A DNA stretch of 64,000 nucleotides from an uncultured Verrucomicrobiae bacterium (GTDB taxonomy: Bacteria > Verrucomicrobiota > Verrucomicrobiia > Chthoniobacterales > JAATET01): positions 646 to 64,645 of the forward strand of contig CAVUDH010000015.1 in the NCBI GenBank assembly GCA_963740185.1. The letters run 5' to 3'. Under the pieces are notes generated by a model. The model ran no database searches. It was not told the origin of the DNA and worked only from the letters and a program-made list of their open reading frames with translations. Made by a program: the position numbers and the translations under genes. The number at the start of each line of letters is the position of its first letter. The stretch's first letter is position 1. Below, one piece after another: positions 20,101-29,021 of the stretch.

Positions 20101-20268
20101 CGCCGCAACACCTTCGGCCCCCTGCACCAAGTGCCGCTGCGAGTCGACTGGTATGGCCCCGAGAACTGGATCACCGAAGGCAACGCGTTCTCCAACGATT
20201 ACCGACTCCACCCCGCCGGTCTCTTGGCCGCGCCAGAGATCATCTGGAAATACACGCCCGTCCGGTGA
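17131..20268 (+). CDS. Large (1045 aa) glycoside-hydrolase-like protein, family not assignable by eye (intact)
   Basis: N-terminus GKPFWSWNGKLEKDELLRQIGILKEMGFGGFFMHSRTGLVTEYLGDEWFDLINACADEAERLGMEAWLYDDDRWPSGSAGG. This block is typical of large bacterial glycosidases annotated as glycosyl hydrolase-like. A long beta-rich C-terminal region follows. No signal peptide is seen. Confidence 0.65.
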   Translation: MSTHPATSRLLELWGDPPAAYRGKPFWSWNGKLEKDELLRQIGILKEMGFGGFFMHSRTGLVTEYLGDEWFDLINACADEAERLGMEAWLYDDDRWPSGSAGGIATRDPQYRMRYLRMKMTPSESFEWSDGTLAAFTCSPAGFHQEGFQYHEGRRITETDAATLPAGKTVLTFHVEVMAPDTFYNGSSYLDTMNPTATRHFLDVTHERYAARCGDRLGRSIKGIFTDEPHRGMVMSSFADHPHSSWVIPWTEKLCEEFESKFGTDLVAHLPEIFLQPFGQSVAQVKWQYMELLQTLFLENFMRPVHEWCQDHDLLLTGHLLHEDSLCCQAVPNGSMMRNYEFMDFPGVDVLMEVNVKFWIVKQLSSAARQLGKKWLLSELYGCAGWQMTFQGHKAVGDWQALFGINVRCPHLSWYTMEGEAKRDYPASILHQSAWHHHYGTVEDYFSRIHVALEQGTPVCRLLVINPVESVWAQIRHGWVNHLTGSTAPIQSLERTYEEVFQWLSGVQLDFDYGDEDFLARMASIDTTGDAPELVVGLARYRAVLVAGLATIRSSTLDLLEAFVDAGGKLIFAGDVARHVDALASDRVAALRDRAVAVPFYQDAMTRACRQAVPPEVEVLDPEGGYNIPSVFAQVRDGDDGRFVMLLRTQRERCLRGSVVRLRGTGHVEEWDCRTGERFNVEARQDDGWLNFTTDFAPSGEHLYRIVESPDPTLGWRVVPEEIRREPLDIAFPFRLHEPNICVLDRASYRIDGGEWREPQEILKVDRAIRSALGLEFRGGRMLQPWFRRGSENPTPTRVGLRFEFSVEDLPQTPVELVLERPEQYVAISLNGTPLDADSAAGWWVDKCFDRLPVPDGLLREGTNAIELEIDFHGDVDIEAIYLAGEFGVRVAGTRVTLTPLPESLVPGCVTEQGLPFYGAAITYRIPANAIPTDAGPGRAWVRLPKCEAACVRVSAAGGEPQMIAFEPLEADITEWIGTGCDIELEVILTRRNTFGPLHQVPLRVDWYGPENWITEGNAFSNDYRLHPAGLLAAPEIIWKYTPVR

Positions 20269-20326
20269 AGTTCCTACGAAGCGCGACCGTGACGGCCATC
20301 CGGCACCTGCCTGGACGAGCGCGGGA

Positions 20327-20779
20327 CTATACCCGCACTAACCGTCTGACCTCCCATCCCTCGCCCCGCTCGACGACCCCGACTTCGCAAAAATCCCCCT
20401 CGAATTCGGGCAATACCGTATCCCCCTCGACCTCCCGCAGCACCATTGTCAGCAACACCTCGTCACACCGCGGCAGCAGCGCCCGGTAAATCTCCGCGCC
20501 CCCGATCACAAAAACCGTCCGCCCATCGCCGACCTCCGTCACTTCATCCGGCGAACCTACCAACCGCACTCCCTCGACCGCGGTCATCGACCGCGATACC
20601 ACCACATTCTCCCGCCCGGGCAGCGGGCGGCCAATCGACTCATACGTCCGGCGCCCCATCACAACCATGTGCCCCATCGTCGTCTTCTTAAAAAACGCCA
20701 GCTCCCCCTTGAGCTTCCAAGGCAATCCCCCGTCCCGCCCAATCACCCGATTCAGAGCCATCGCCACGATCGCGGTCAC
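20327..20779 (-). CDS. folA: Dihydrofolate reductase
   Basis: MTAIVAMALNRVIGRDGGLPWKLKGELAFFKKTTMGHMVVMGRRTYESIGRPLPGRENVVVSR, 150 aa, immediately downstream of thyA. Confidence 0.9.
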   Translation of the reverse strand: MTAIVAMALNRVIGRDGGLPWKLKGELAFFKKTTMGHMVVMGRRTYESIGRPLPGRENVVVSRSMTAVEGVRLVGSPDEVTEVGDGRTVFVIGGAEIYRALLPRCDEVLLTMVLREVEGDTVLPEFEGDFCEVGVVERGEGWEVRRLVRV

Positions 20780-20824
20780 CTCTCACCTCCATCAACCATC
20801 AACCAAAAACCAAAAACCATACCC

Positions 20825-21619
20825 TCACACCGAAATCTCCGCCCGGATCGTCGGCCAAGGGTCGTAACCCACCAATTCGAAGTCCTCGAATTCAAATTCC
20901 CGGATCCCCCGCCGCTCCGGATTTAACCGCATCGTCGGCAATTTCCTCGGCTCCCGCGCCAGCTGCTCCCGAGCTTGGTCCAGATGATTGTTGTATAAAT
21001 GCAAATCCCCAAACGTGTGCACGAAATCCCCCGCCCGCAATCCGCACACCTGCGCCACCATCCGCGTCAGCAGCGCGTAGGACGCAATGTTGAACGGGAC
21101 CCCCAAAAACAAATCCGCGCTCCGCTGGTAAAGCTGGCAACTCAACTCTCCGTCGCTCACGAAAAACTGAAACATCGCGTGACACGGAGCCAACGCCATC
21201 CGATCCAGCTCCCCCGGATTCCACGCACTCACCACGAGCCGCCGCGAATCCGGATCGCGCCGGATCCGCTCGATCACCTCGTCGATTTGGTTGATTGCGC
21301 CACCCTCCGGCGTGCGCCAATCCGTCCACTGCGCGCCGTAGATTCGACCCAGATCTCCACTTTCATCCGCCCATTCGTCCCAGATCGTCACGCGATTCTC
21401 GTTCAAATACGCCACGTTCGTCTCTCCGCGCAGGAACCACAGTAGCTCGTAAATGATCGACCGCAGATGAAGCTTCTTCGTCGTCACCAGCGGGAACGAC
21501 CGCCGCAGATCGAAACGCTCCTGAGCGCCGAAGACCGACAATGTCCCGGTGCCCGTGCGATCCGCCTTCGGTCGCCCCTCCTCCAGAACCAATCGCAAAA
21601 GCCGGTGATACTGCTCCAC
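20825..21619 (-). CDS. thyA: Thymidylate synthase (ThyA type)
   Basis: [87 protein letters not shown] start at 21619 gives about 265 aa. The 296-aa ORF extension to 21715 is unlikely. Confidence 0.95.
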   Translation of the reverse strand: MEQYHRLLRLVLEEGRPKADRTGTGTLSVFGAQERFDLRRSFPLVTTKKLHLRSIIYELLWFLRGETNVAYLNENRVTIWDEWADESGDLGRIYGAQWTDWRTPEGGAINQIDEVIERIRRDPDSRRLVVSAWNPGELDRMALAPCHAMFQFFVSDGELSCQLYQRSADLFLGVPFNIASYALLTRMVAQVCGLRAGDFVHTFGDLHLYNNHLDQAREQLAREPRKLPTMRLNPERRGIREFEFEDFELVGYDPWPTIRAEISV

Positions 21620-21714
21620 GGCGCAGAGTCCTACCGGGCCATTCCCTCCCGAGGCAATCCCCGAAGTCCGCCGACGACTCGACAATTCCCCCCCACCGAT
21701 CCAATTTACCACCA

Positions 21715-22657
21715 ATGTTCCCTCGCATTCTCATCCCTGCTCTTGCCGCAGCGCTCATCGTCCCTCACGCCACTGCAGCCACCGAACCCACCCCCGCCGA
21801 ACTCGCCGCTCTCCGCCAGACCCTCGCCGAGATCCGCGCCAAGCAGGAAGCCAGCCGCTCGACCGCTCTCTCGCAGTCCCTCGCCCAGCTCTCCGCCGCG
21901 ACCGGCTCTCCGCTCGCCGCAGTCAATGCCTACGTCGCCGCCATCGAGATCGCCGACTTTGGCGACAAGCCCGGCGCGAGTGGCGACTTCCGCGATTGGC
22001 GGCAATCCCGCTCCGACATCCTCGCCCATCCCGCGCTTCGCACCGCCGCTGCCCTCCATTTGAAATACCTCGCGCTCACGCTCGAGCGCGCGCAAACCCC
22101 CGACCAACCCGCCGATCTCGACGCCATCGTCGGCTACGTCCGCGAAGCCGCGGAAGCCAAAGCCATCTACTCCCGGCCCGACGACGACCGCCTCAATAAC
22201 GACGATCGGAAGCGACTCCACGAGGCAATTCAATCCCTCACCGATCAGCCGCTGCCCGGCAGGTCCGTTCGCCCGCGCCTACAAACTCGGACCACTCTTC
22301 GACGGCATCAAGGACTGGGAAATGGCACCCGGCAATTTCGAAGGCATCCTCAACACGACCGTCCGCCCGCTCCTTCGCGAAAAAAAGGACCCCCGCCTGC
22401 TGGAGACGTGGGATCTCCAGATCGAAGTCGAGCGTGGGCTCGCGGAGGATTGGAACCGCGAGCAACCCGAGTCGAAATTGAACTCCGAGCGACTCCCCCG
22501 CCTGACCTGGGCTCGCGCCACGGATCAACTCGCCCTCGGCGACCGCGCCGGCGGCCTTCAGTCGATGCTCCGAGTCATCCAGTCCAATCCCAGCCACCCC
22601 GACCAGCTCAAGTGGATCGACCAACTATCCAAGGAAGTCGCCCCCCCCGAGCAGTAG
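21715..22657 (+). pseudogene. Hypothetical secreted alpha-helical protein; 1 frame change near 22255
   Basis: Signal peptide [21 protein letters not shown]. The second frame continues GPLFDGIKDWEMAPGNFEGILNTTVRPLLREKKDPRLLETWDLQIEVE..IDQLSKEVAPPEQ-stop. No recognisable domain. Confidence 0.5.
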
Positions 22658-22695
22658 CGACCACCGCAGAGGCCACGACGCTCGGCGCAGTCCGC

Positions 22696-23548
22696 CTAGG
22701 GAGCGATCTCCTCGATCCACTCCTCGTCGCCGGGCGCGTTGTGATTCCAGTAGTCGAGCCGACCACTGCCCTTCAATTTCAGCGAACCACCGTCCGCCTT
22801 CTCCCACGCGCGGAGCCGATAGGGACTCGCGGGTTCGAACTCGAAGACGTCCGTTCCGCCGGCGTGGATCGACCGTCACTCGCTTGGCGTCGTCGGTCGC
22901 TTCGACCGTGAATTTCGCTGGTTCAAAGGCGAGGCCGTCCACCTTACTGGTGATCACGGAGCCGGTCAGCGGAGCGGTGAACTCCGTGACGTTGCCCCAA
23001 TCCAGCAATCGCAGCTTGAAGGGCAGTTCGTCGTAAAACAAAGCCGACTCGGGAAGGTTCACCTCGCGGTGGACCCGGTCCATGTTTTCCCAATACGTGT
23101 TCGCGTCGTAGGTCAGGCGGTTGCGGTTAATCCGCCCCTCCTTGTAGCTGTTTCCGCAGCTGTCGATGCTCGCGAGTGAGAATTTCTCCAGTTTGCCATC
23201 GGCCGCGTTCCAAAAGCCGGAATGCATCTGGTCATAGCGATAAACCCCCGTCGGCACGCGAATGATCTGATTGAGCTTGATCACCGGATACGCTCCCAGC
23301 GTCTGCCAATCGTTCGCCTTCACTTTGGTGTTGGGCAGAAAATTCTCGCGCACGAGAATGTGCCGGACCTCGCTCTCGCGCGGGACGCCGTAGCGGACCT
23401 CGGTGGCGTCGTAGAAAGAATACTCGGCCTGCCCGTCGCCCCACAGCGCCTCATCGCGAAGCAGTGTGTCGGTAAAAGGCGAAGCCAACGCGACCGAAGC
23501 CAATACGATGGAAGCCAGGGCCTGGAGAGAGAAGAGCGATACCGTCAT
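22696..23548 (-). pseudogene. Hypothetical secreted protein; 1 frame change near 22875
   Basis: MTVSLFSLQALASIVLASVALASP signal. The body is EALWGDGQAEYSFYDATEVRYGVPRESEVRHILVRENF..SIDSCGNSYKEGRINRN. The tail in another frame is HAGGTDVFEFEPASPYRLRAWEKADGGSLKLKGSGRLDYWNHNAPGDEEWIEEIAP-stop (22696). Confidence 0.5.
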
Positions 23549-23669
23549 GATTCTGAATCTACGCCGGAACCGCAGGGCCGATACTCGAAAATCGTGTGGC
23601 GAAAACGTCACACTTCGCGATTCGGTTTTTCGTTCCGCGTCTGGCAGTCGGTAGTTCAACGAAATCGTT

Positions 23670-24446
23670 ATGGCAAATTACCGAACTGGTTGGATCTCCG
23701 ACGTCCACCTCGGCACGCGCGGGTGCCAGGCCGAAGCTCTCCTCGACTTCCTCCGCGACCACGAATTCGAGACCCTCTACGTCGTTGGCGATCTGATCGA
23801 TATCTGGGCCCTCCGCCGCGCCCGCTACTGGCCGCAGGAACACAGTGACGTCGTCCAGAAGCTCCTACGCAAAGGGCGGAAAGGCTCTGAGATCATTTAC
23901 ATCATCGGGAACCACGACGAATTTCTCGCGGACTTCTTTGGAAATTTTGCCAGCGTCACGCTGCAGAAAAATGCCGTCCACACCACCGCCGACGGACGTC
24001 GGATCCTCGTCATCCACGGCCACGAACTCGACACCGTGGTGCAAAACATGGGTTGGCTCGCGCACGTCGGCGATTACGGCTACCACGCGTTGATGCGCCT
24101 CAACTGCGTCGTGAATTTCTTCCGCCGCCGCTTTGGTTTGGGCTACTGGTCGCTCAGCAAATACGTCAAAGGCGAAGTGAAAAACGTGATCAGTTTCATC
24201 GGGCAATTCGAGGAATCGGTCGTCCGCTACGCCGCCGATCACGACGTCGACGCCGTTCTCTGCGGCCACATTCACACCGCCGCAATCCACGACGTCCAGG
24301 GCGTTCCCTACTACAACACCGGCGACTGGGTGGAGAGCTGCACCGCCATCGTCGAGCACTTCGACGGGCGGATGGAACTCATTCACCACCCGATGGGCAC
24401 CACCGCAGAGATCACCGATCCAGACCTCGCTGCGGTGCCGGCCTAG
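23670..24446 (+). CDS. Calcineurin-like metallophosphoesterase, LpxH-like UDP-2,3-diacylglucosamine diphosphatase
   Basis: Metallophosphoesterase blocks WISDVHLG, VVGDLIDIW, IIGNHDEF, VIHGHELD and LCGHIHTAA. The N-terminal pattern is typical of the LpxH family. Confidence 0.7.
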   Translation: MANYRTGWISDVHLGTRGCQAEALLDFLRDHEFETLYVVGDLIDIWALRRARYWPQEHSDVVQKLLRKGRKGSEIIYIIGNHDEFLADFFGNFASVTLQKNAVHTTADGRRILVIHGHELDTVVQNMGWLAHVGDYGYHALMRLNCVVNFFRRRFGLGYWSLSKYVKGEVKNVISFIGQFEESVVRYAADHDVDAVLCGHIHTAAIHDVQGVPYYNTGDWVESCTAIVEHFDGRMELIHHPMGTTAEITDPDLAAVPA

Positions 24447-24480
24447 CCCATCCTCGGCAAACCTGCGACTGAGGACGACG

Positions 24481-25038
24481 TCAGTAAAACGTCTTCACGT
24501 GGCCATCGAGGTAGAGCCGGTTTGTCCGCTTGCCACCTCTGGGGCCGTGGACCGCTTCAAAGTCGGTGCAGAGCGAGGCGTATTGCGACGGAATGAAGCG
24601 CTGACCCCGGCGACCGTAGATCACCGGGTTGTTGACCAGCTCTTCGTCCAGCGTTGGTTTCCAAAGGTAGCTCGTCCCCTCGGCCGCGAACCATTCCTGA
24701 TCGGCGGGACACTTCAACCCTCCCTGGGTCAAACCGTAGGGTCCAAACGCCTCGATCAACGTCTGGGCTTCCGCCGCCTGCTCTCCCGTGTAGATCGGGT
24801 TACTCGGATAACCCTCGACGATCGGAAGTCGGTTGTCGTTGTCCTGCGCAAACGACAGAACTGCAACCCCCAGGCTCCGCAGGTTCGCGGCGCACGCCGT
24901 GCTCTTCGCCCGGTCCTGCATCCGGCCAAAGGCTGGCATCGCCAGCGTCACCAGCATTCCGACAATCGCCACGACGACGACCAATTCGATCAGCGTGAAG
25001 GCCCCGCGGCCCGCATGATTTGAAAGACGGTTCTTCAC
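24481..25038 (-). CDS. Prepilin-type N-terminal cleavage/methylation domain protein (DUF1559-like pseudopilin)
   Basis: GAFTLIELVVVVAIVGMLVTLAMPAF..AKSTACAANLRSLGVAVLSFAQDNDNRLP. C-terminal NRLYLDGHVKTFY. The start overlaps the upstream stop by 4 nt. Confidence 0.85.
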   Translation of the reverse strand: MKNRLSNHAGRGAFTLIELVVVVAIVGMLVTLAMPAFGRMQDRAKSTACAANLRSLGVAVLSFAQDNDNRLPIVEGYPSNPIYTGEQAAEAQTLIEAFGPYGLTQGGLKCPADQEWFAAEGTSYLWKPTLDEELVNNPVIYGRRGQRFIPSQYASLCTDFEAVHGPRGGKRTNRLYLDGHVKTFY

Positions 25039-26084
25039 GAGTTTTTCCTCTGCTGCTTACGCTCGACGTAGCGACGGGCCCGGTTCGCTTTCTTCTCCGG
25101 GCTGGAGCGATCCTCCCTCAAGCTGCGGCGCTCATCCATGCGGGCCTGAACCTTTGGATCGTTGAAGAAGGCTTCGAATTTCGCCCGGCGCTCCTCCTCC
25201 GGGAGGTCGCGCGCCTCCGCGAAGAGATCCCGCATCCGCGTGAACTCCTCCCGCGCCTCGACCTGCTGATCGGCGGGTAACATCGCGATCTGCGCCTCCG
25301 CCCGCTCCGCCATCCACTCGCGATTTGGCTCCGCCCGGTCGCCGCGCTCGCCGCGGTCGCGCTGGCCACCATCACGCCCTGCCGCAGCCTGCTGATTGCC
25401 CGACTGATCCGCGTTGGCGGTCGGCGGAGGACCGCCCCACCGGCCACCCTCGCGAAGGTAGAAGACTTCGTTCGTGGTCCCGCCCGCCGACGCGATCAAT
25501 TCACCAATCGCCTTCCGCGCCTCGCCACTCTCGGGAATTTTCGTCACGGAAGGATTCCAGTCCGTCGGCAGCAACACCGTCGCCCCCGTCTTCTGAGCAA
25601 ATTGATCCGTGTAGCCCTGCAGCTCGCCGGGCTCCATTTCACTCACCGTCCACGTCACCAACCGAGGGTCCGGCACGATGTCGCCAGATAAAGCCATGAA
25701 CGGCCCGCCACCGGCGCGAAACATCCTGAATCCTCCCTCTCGCACCGAACCGTCCACCAGCGCGTCGACCGCAACCTTGGCCTCGGCCTTCCCGGGACCC
25801 GCCGCGTAGACGACCGACCAATCGGCGTCCACCGCCGACGCCAGCACCTCGACCGCCTCGGCCACCGGCACGCGGTAGACGTCCATCCGCACCGGGGTAG
25901 TCGGATCGATCGCACTGGCAAATGTCACCCCGCCCTGGCGCTCGATGGAGCGAATGACCTTCTGTAGCGCGACACCCTTCACGTCGACGGTGACCAGTCC
26001 CCAGCCCGCGATCCAATTCCACACCAAAGCCGCAGCCAGCACGACGGCGACTCCGACCAAAATCTTCATCCGGCTTGTATTCAT
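25035..26084 (-). CDS. Hypothetical membrane-anchored protein with a secretin-N/STN-like segment and a charged C-terminal tail
   Basis: MNTSRMKILVGVAVVLAAALVW (TM). Then VTVDVKGVALQKVIRSIERQGGVTFASAIDPTTPVRMDVYRVPVAEAVEVLA. The tail is rich in R/E/D/K (REWMAERAEAQIAMLPADQQVEAREEFTRMRDLFAEARDLPEEERRAKFEAFFNDPKVQ). Confidence 0.55.
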   Translation of the reverse strand: MNTSRMKILVGVAVVLAAALVWNWIAGWGLVTVDVKGVALQKVIRSIERQGGVTFASAIDPTTPVRMDVYRVPVAEAVEVLASAVDADWSVVYAAGPGKAEAKVAVDALVDGSVREGGFRMFRAGGGPFMALSGDIVPDPRLVTWTVSEMEPGELQGYTDQFAQKTGATVLLPTDWNPSVTKIPESGEARKAIGELIASAGGTTNEVFYLREGGRWGGPPPTANADQSGNQQAAAGRDGGQRDRGERGDRAEPNREWMAERAEAQIAMLPADQQVEAREEFTRMRDLFAEARDLPEEERRAKFEAFFNDPKVQARMDERRSLREDRSSPEKKANRARRYVERKQQRKNS

Positions 26085-26154
26085 CACCGCTTCAACCACG
26101 CCTTTCGAAAAGAGTTGCGGCGCATTTCGTCGCGCGAGACTGTTTCCTCTCTCC

Positions 26155-26973
26155 ATGCTCGAAATTACCATCCTCGCCAGCGGCAGCGCGGGGAATTCCG
26201 CCCTCATTCGCTGCGGCGGCACCACGCTGCTCGTCGATGCCGGCCTCAGCGCCCGGCGACTGCGTGAGCGCCTCGACGCCTGTGGCACCGCCCCCGAGCA
26301 ACTCGACGGCATTCTCCTGACGCACGAGCACGGCGACCACACCGGAGCCCTGCGCGTGCTGTGCGCGAAGACCGAAATCCCCCTCTACGCCAACCGAATG
26401 ACCGCTGCCGCCCTCGGCTCGACCGCCCTCGCGGCCCACAAGCACTGGCGGTATTTTTCCAGCGCGCCCTTCACCATCGGCGACTGCTCGGTCGAGGCCT
26501 TCGCCGTCCCGCACGACGCCGTCGAGCCGGTCGGATTTCTCATCCACGGCTCGTCGGCCAGCTTCGGACTCGTCACCGACCTTGGCCACGCCACCCCGGC
26601 CATCCTCGACCGTCTCCGGCAGGTCGACGTGCTGTTCGTCGAGACAAATCACGACGAAGACCTCCTCACCCGCGACCTCAAGCGCCCCTGGTCCGTGAAA
26701 CAACGCATCCTCTCGAGGCACGGACATCTGTCGAACGCCGCCGCCGCCGACCTCGTTGCCGCCGTCGCCGGGGATCGTCTCCGCCGAGTTCTCATCGGCC
26801 ACCTGAGCCGCGACTGCAACAACTCCGAATTGGCCACCAACGCCATCACCAACGCCCTCGCCGCGCGCGACCGGTCCGACGTCAACGTGCACTGCAGCGT
26901 CCAGGAAACGGTCAGCCCCGCCGTGAGCATCGGCACCCCCGCCATTCCTCAGCAAGCCACCCTCGCGCTGTAG
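26155..26973 (+). CDS. MBL-fold metallo-hydrolase (YycJ/PhnP-like)
   Basis: MLEITILASGSAGNSALIRCGGTTLLVDAG, the HxHxDH motif LLTHEHGDHTG, and SRHGHLSN. Confidence 0.85.
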   Translation: MLEITILASGSAGNSALIRCGGTTLLVDAGLSARRLRERLDACGTAPEQLDGILLTHEHGDHTGALRVLCAKTEIPLYANRMTAAALGSTALAAHKHWRYFSSAPFTIGDCSVEAFAVPHDAVEPVGFLIHGSSASFGLVTDLGHATPAILDRLRQVDVLFVETNHDEDLLTRDLKRPWSVKQRILSRHGHLSNAAAADLVAAVAGDRLRRVLIGHLSRDCNNSELATNAITNALAARDRSDVNVHCSVQETVSPAVSIGTPAIPQQATLAL

Positions 26974-27387
26974 CTACCAGAATCGCGAGATCAGATACGC
27001 CCAATTCCCGAGCAGCGCCGCGACCAGGGCTGCCCGGATCACCCACCAGCCCCTCCGGCCTATTCCTCGCACGCGGATTCGCACCCGCAGCGCCAGCGCC
27101 AACGCCGCGTAAATCACGAAAGCCCCCGCGACCAGAATCGCCACCACCACACCCGGATTCCACGCCAGCGCCGTCCCCCATTCCCCCTCGGCCAGCGCCC
27201 GCACGCACCGCGTCCCACCGCACGTGAAGCACGGGATGCCGGTGACCAACCGCAGCACGCAGTGCGGAGTCGGCAATCCGAGCAGCAGCCACACGCCGCC
27301 GGCGAGAAAACCTCCCAGCAGGATGACCAATGCCAGTGCCTCCGGTCCCTCCGACGCGCTCGGAGCGCGCTTGAAGACGATTCGCAT
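26974..27387 (-). CDS. DUF2752-family small membrane protein
   Basis: GIPCFTCGGTRC motif plus 3-4 hydrophobic helices; 137 aa. Confidence 0.65.
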   Translation of the reverse strand: MRIVFKRAPSASEGPEALALVILLGGFLAGGVWLLLGLPTPHCVLRLVTGIPCFTCGGTRCVRALAEGEWGTALAWNPGVVVAILVAGAFVIYAALALALRVRIRVRGIGRRGWWVIRAALVAALLGNWAYLISRFW

Positions 27388-27400
27388 CGTCAGCGATGAG

Positions 27401-28297
27401 TTAGACCGCCGTGGACATCATCGAGATGCCGGCGTAGAGCCCGCACCCGACCAGCATCGAGATAACGACAGCCGAAGCCGCCTGCCACGCTGGCATCCGG
27501 TGGATTACCGACAGGCCCACCGAGATTCCGACCGCCAGAAAGCCGATCACGAGAGGAATCCCGCAGCACGACAGCAACTGGAACACGCCGGCCGAACCAA
27601 TCGCGTAGCAGCACACCGCAAACGTCGACACGAAGGGTGCCTTCACCGTCCCCATCGTCATCAACAGCGCGTGGATCAACCCGGCAAAGTAAAACGGCAT
27701 CAACGGCACCTTGACCACCAACCCGGTGAGCCCCAGCAGGAAGGAATTCTGAACCGAGAACGTCTCCGTAAACTGAGCGAGCTGAGGTTCCTTCATTAGC
27801 TCGGGCGTCTTCGTGATGTAATCGACCGCCATCCCCGCCAGCCAGACGTCCAGCAGCAGCGCGATGAATCCCGTGACGCTCGCCAGCAGCACGTAAAACG
27901 TGAAGGGCTTCATCAATCCATCCGTCTTCAACGCGCCAGCCAGGGTCTTCCTCGGCGTCATCAACGTCCCCTTGAGCGTCTCCACCAACGCTGCCCGGAA
28001 GCCCAGCTCCTCCGAACGTTCCCACGGCACGGCTTCCTCCGATGTTGACTCCGGCGTGGGCAACGGAACTTCCGCGTCGACCGTTTCCACGGGTTCGCCC
28101 GGGAGTGGCGGGGTCGAGGGCGGGGTCCCCGCCTCCGGCAGATCCGCGAATTCACCCAGCGGCGTCCAGGTTTCCATTCCCTCACGCCAGGCGAGATCGG
28201 TGGCCAGAAACTCGCCCGACCGCAGCCCCTCGGTGACTTCCTCCGGCGTAAACTTGCCCAACGACTGCCGATCGCGATTGACGTGAATCTTCTGCAT
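27401..28297 (-). CDS. GYF_2 (DUF4339) domain protein with a Yip1-like multi-pass membrane domain
   Basis: N-terminus QSLGKFTPEEVTEGLRSGEFLATDLAWREGMETWTPLGEF. A Pro-rich linker follows, then 5 predicted TM helices. Confidence 0.6.
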   Translation of the reverse strand: MQKIHVNRDRQSLGKFTPEEVTEGLRSGEFLATDLAWREGMETWTPLGEFADLPEAGTPPSTPPLPGEPVETVDAEVPLPTPESTSEEAVPWERSEELGFRAALVETLKGTLMTPRKTLAGALKTDGLMKPFTFYVLLASVTGFIALLLDVWLAGMAVDYITKTPELMKEPQLAQFTETFSVQNSFLLGLTGLVVKVPLMPFYFAGLIHALLMTMGTVKAPFVSTFAVCCYAIGSAGVFQLLSCCGIPLVIGFLAVGISVGLSVIHRMPAWQAASAVVISMLVGCGLYAGISMMSTAV

Positions 28298-28370
28298 CCC
28301 CCGTGCCTAACCGGACTCGCGGTCAAATTCCACGTTCAAAAGTGTCGGCCCACGCGCTATCCTCCCCGCC

Positions 28371-28925
28371 ATGGCCACCACCGCACCCGATTCCATGCCG
28401 CTGGGCACACCCGCTCCCGCTTTCACCCTCCCCGATGTCGTCAGCGACAATCCGGTTTCGCTCGAAGATTTCGCCGCCGACTCAGCGGTCCTGATCATGT
28501 TCATCTGCGCGCATTGCCCCTACGTCGTTCACGTGCGGGACGAGTTGATCCGCCTGGCCAATGATTACCAACCCAAGCGAGTCGGTTTCCTCGCGATCTC
28601 GGCCAATGACGCCGTGAAATACCCCGACGATTCCCCCGCCAAACTCCGCACCATGGCCGTCGACCACGGATTTCCCTTCCCCCTGCTCTACGACGAGACG
28701 CAGGACGTCGCTCGCGCCTACACCGCAGCCTGCACGCCGGACTTTTTCCTCTTCGGGGCGGATCACACGCTCACCTATCGCGGTCGCCTGGACGGCAGCA
28801 CGCCGGGCAATGGCCAACCCGTCACCGGCAGCGACCTCCGCTCCGCCCTCGACGCCACGCTGGCCGGCGAAGCCGTGCCAACCCCGCATTCACCCAGCCT
28901 CGGGTGCTCGATCAAGTGGAAGTAA
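28371..28925 (+). CDS. Thioredoxin-fold thiol:disulfide oxidoreductase (AhpC/TSA-like)
   Basis: PAPAFTLPDVVSDNPVSLEDFAADSAVLIMFICAHCPYV (CxxC), PLLYDETQDVARAY. Confidence 0.8.
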   Translation: MATTAPDSMPLGTPAPAFTLPDVVSDNPVSLEDFAADSAVLIMFICAHCPYVVHVRDELIRLANDYQPKRVGFLAISANDAVKYPDDSPAKLRTMAVDHGFPFPLLYDETQDVARAYTAACTPDFFLFGADHTLTYRGRLDGSTPGNGQPVTGSDLRSALDATLAGEAVPTPHSPSLGCSIKWK

Positions 28926-28929
28926 TGCT

Positions 28930-29001
28930 GGGCCTCGCGCAGAGACGCAGGAGATTTTTCTGAATTGGATTCTCTGCGCCTCTCCGTCTCTGCGCGAGAT
29001 C
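28930..29001. repeat. REP-like palindromic intergenic element, copy 2 (between convergent gene ends)
   Basis: CTCGCGCAGAGACG (28935..28948) pairs with CGTCTCTGCGCGAG (28985..28998), a 14-bp stem. Same family as 8371..8460. Confidence 0.6.
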
Positions 29002-29021
29002 ACCGCATCGTATTCCCGCCC

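Noticed and set aside
20825-21715. 296-aa version of thyA with a 32-aa N-terminal extension
   Set aside because: The extension ([19 protein letters not shown]…) is not part of ThyA proteins. A GTG at 21619 gives the canonical EQYHRLL N-terminus and about 265 aa.
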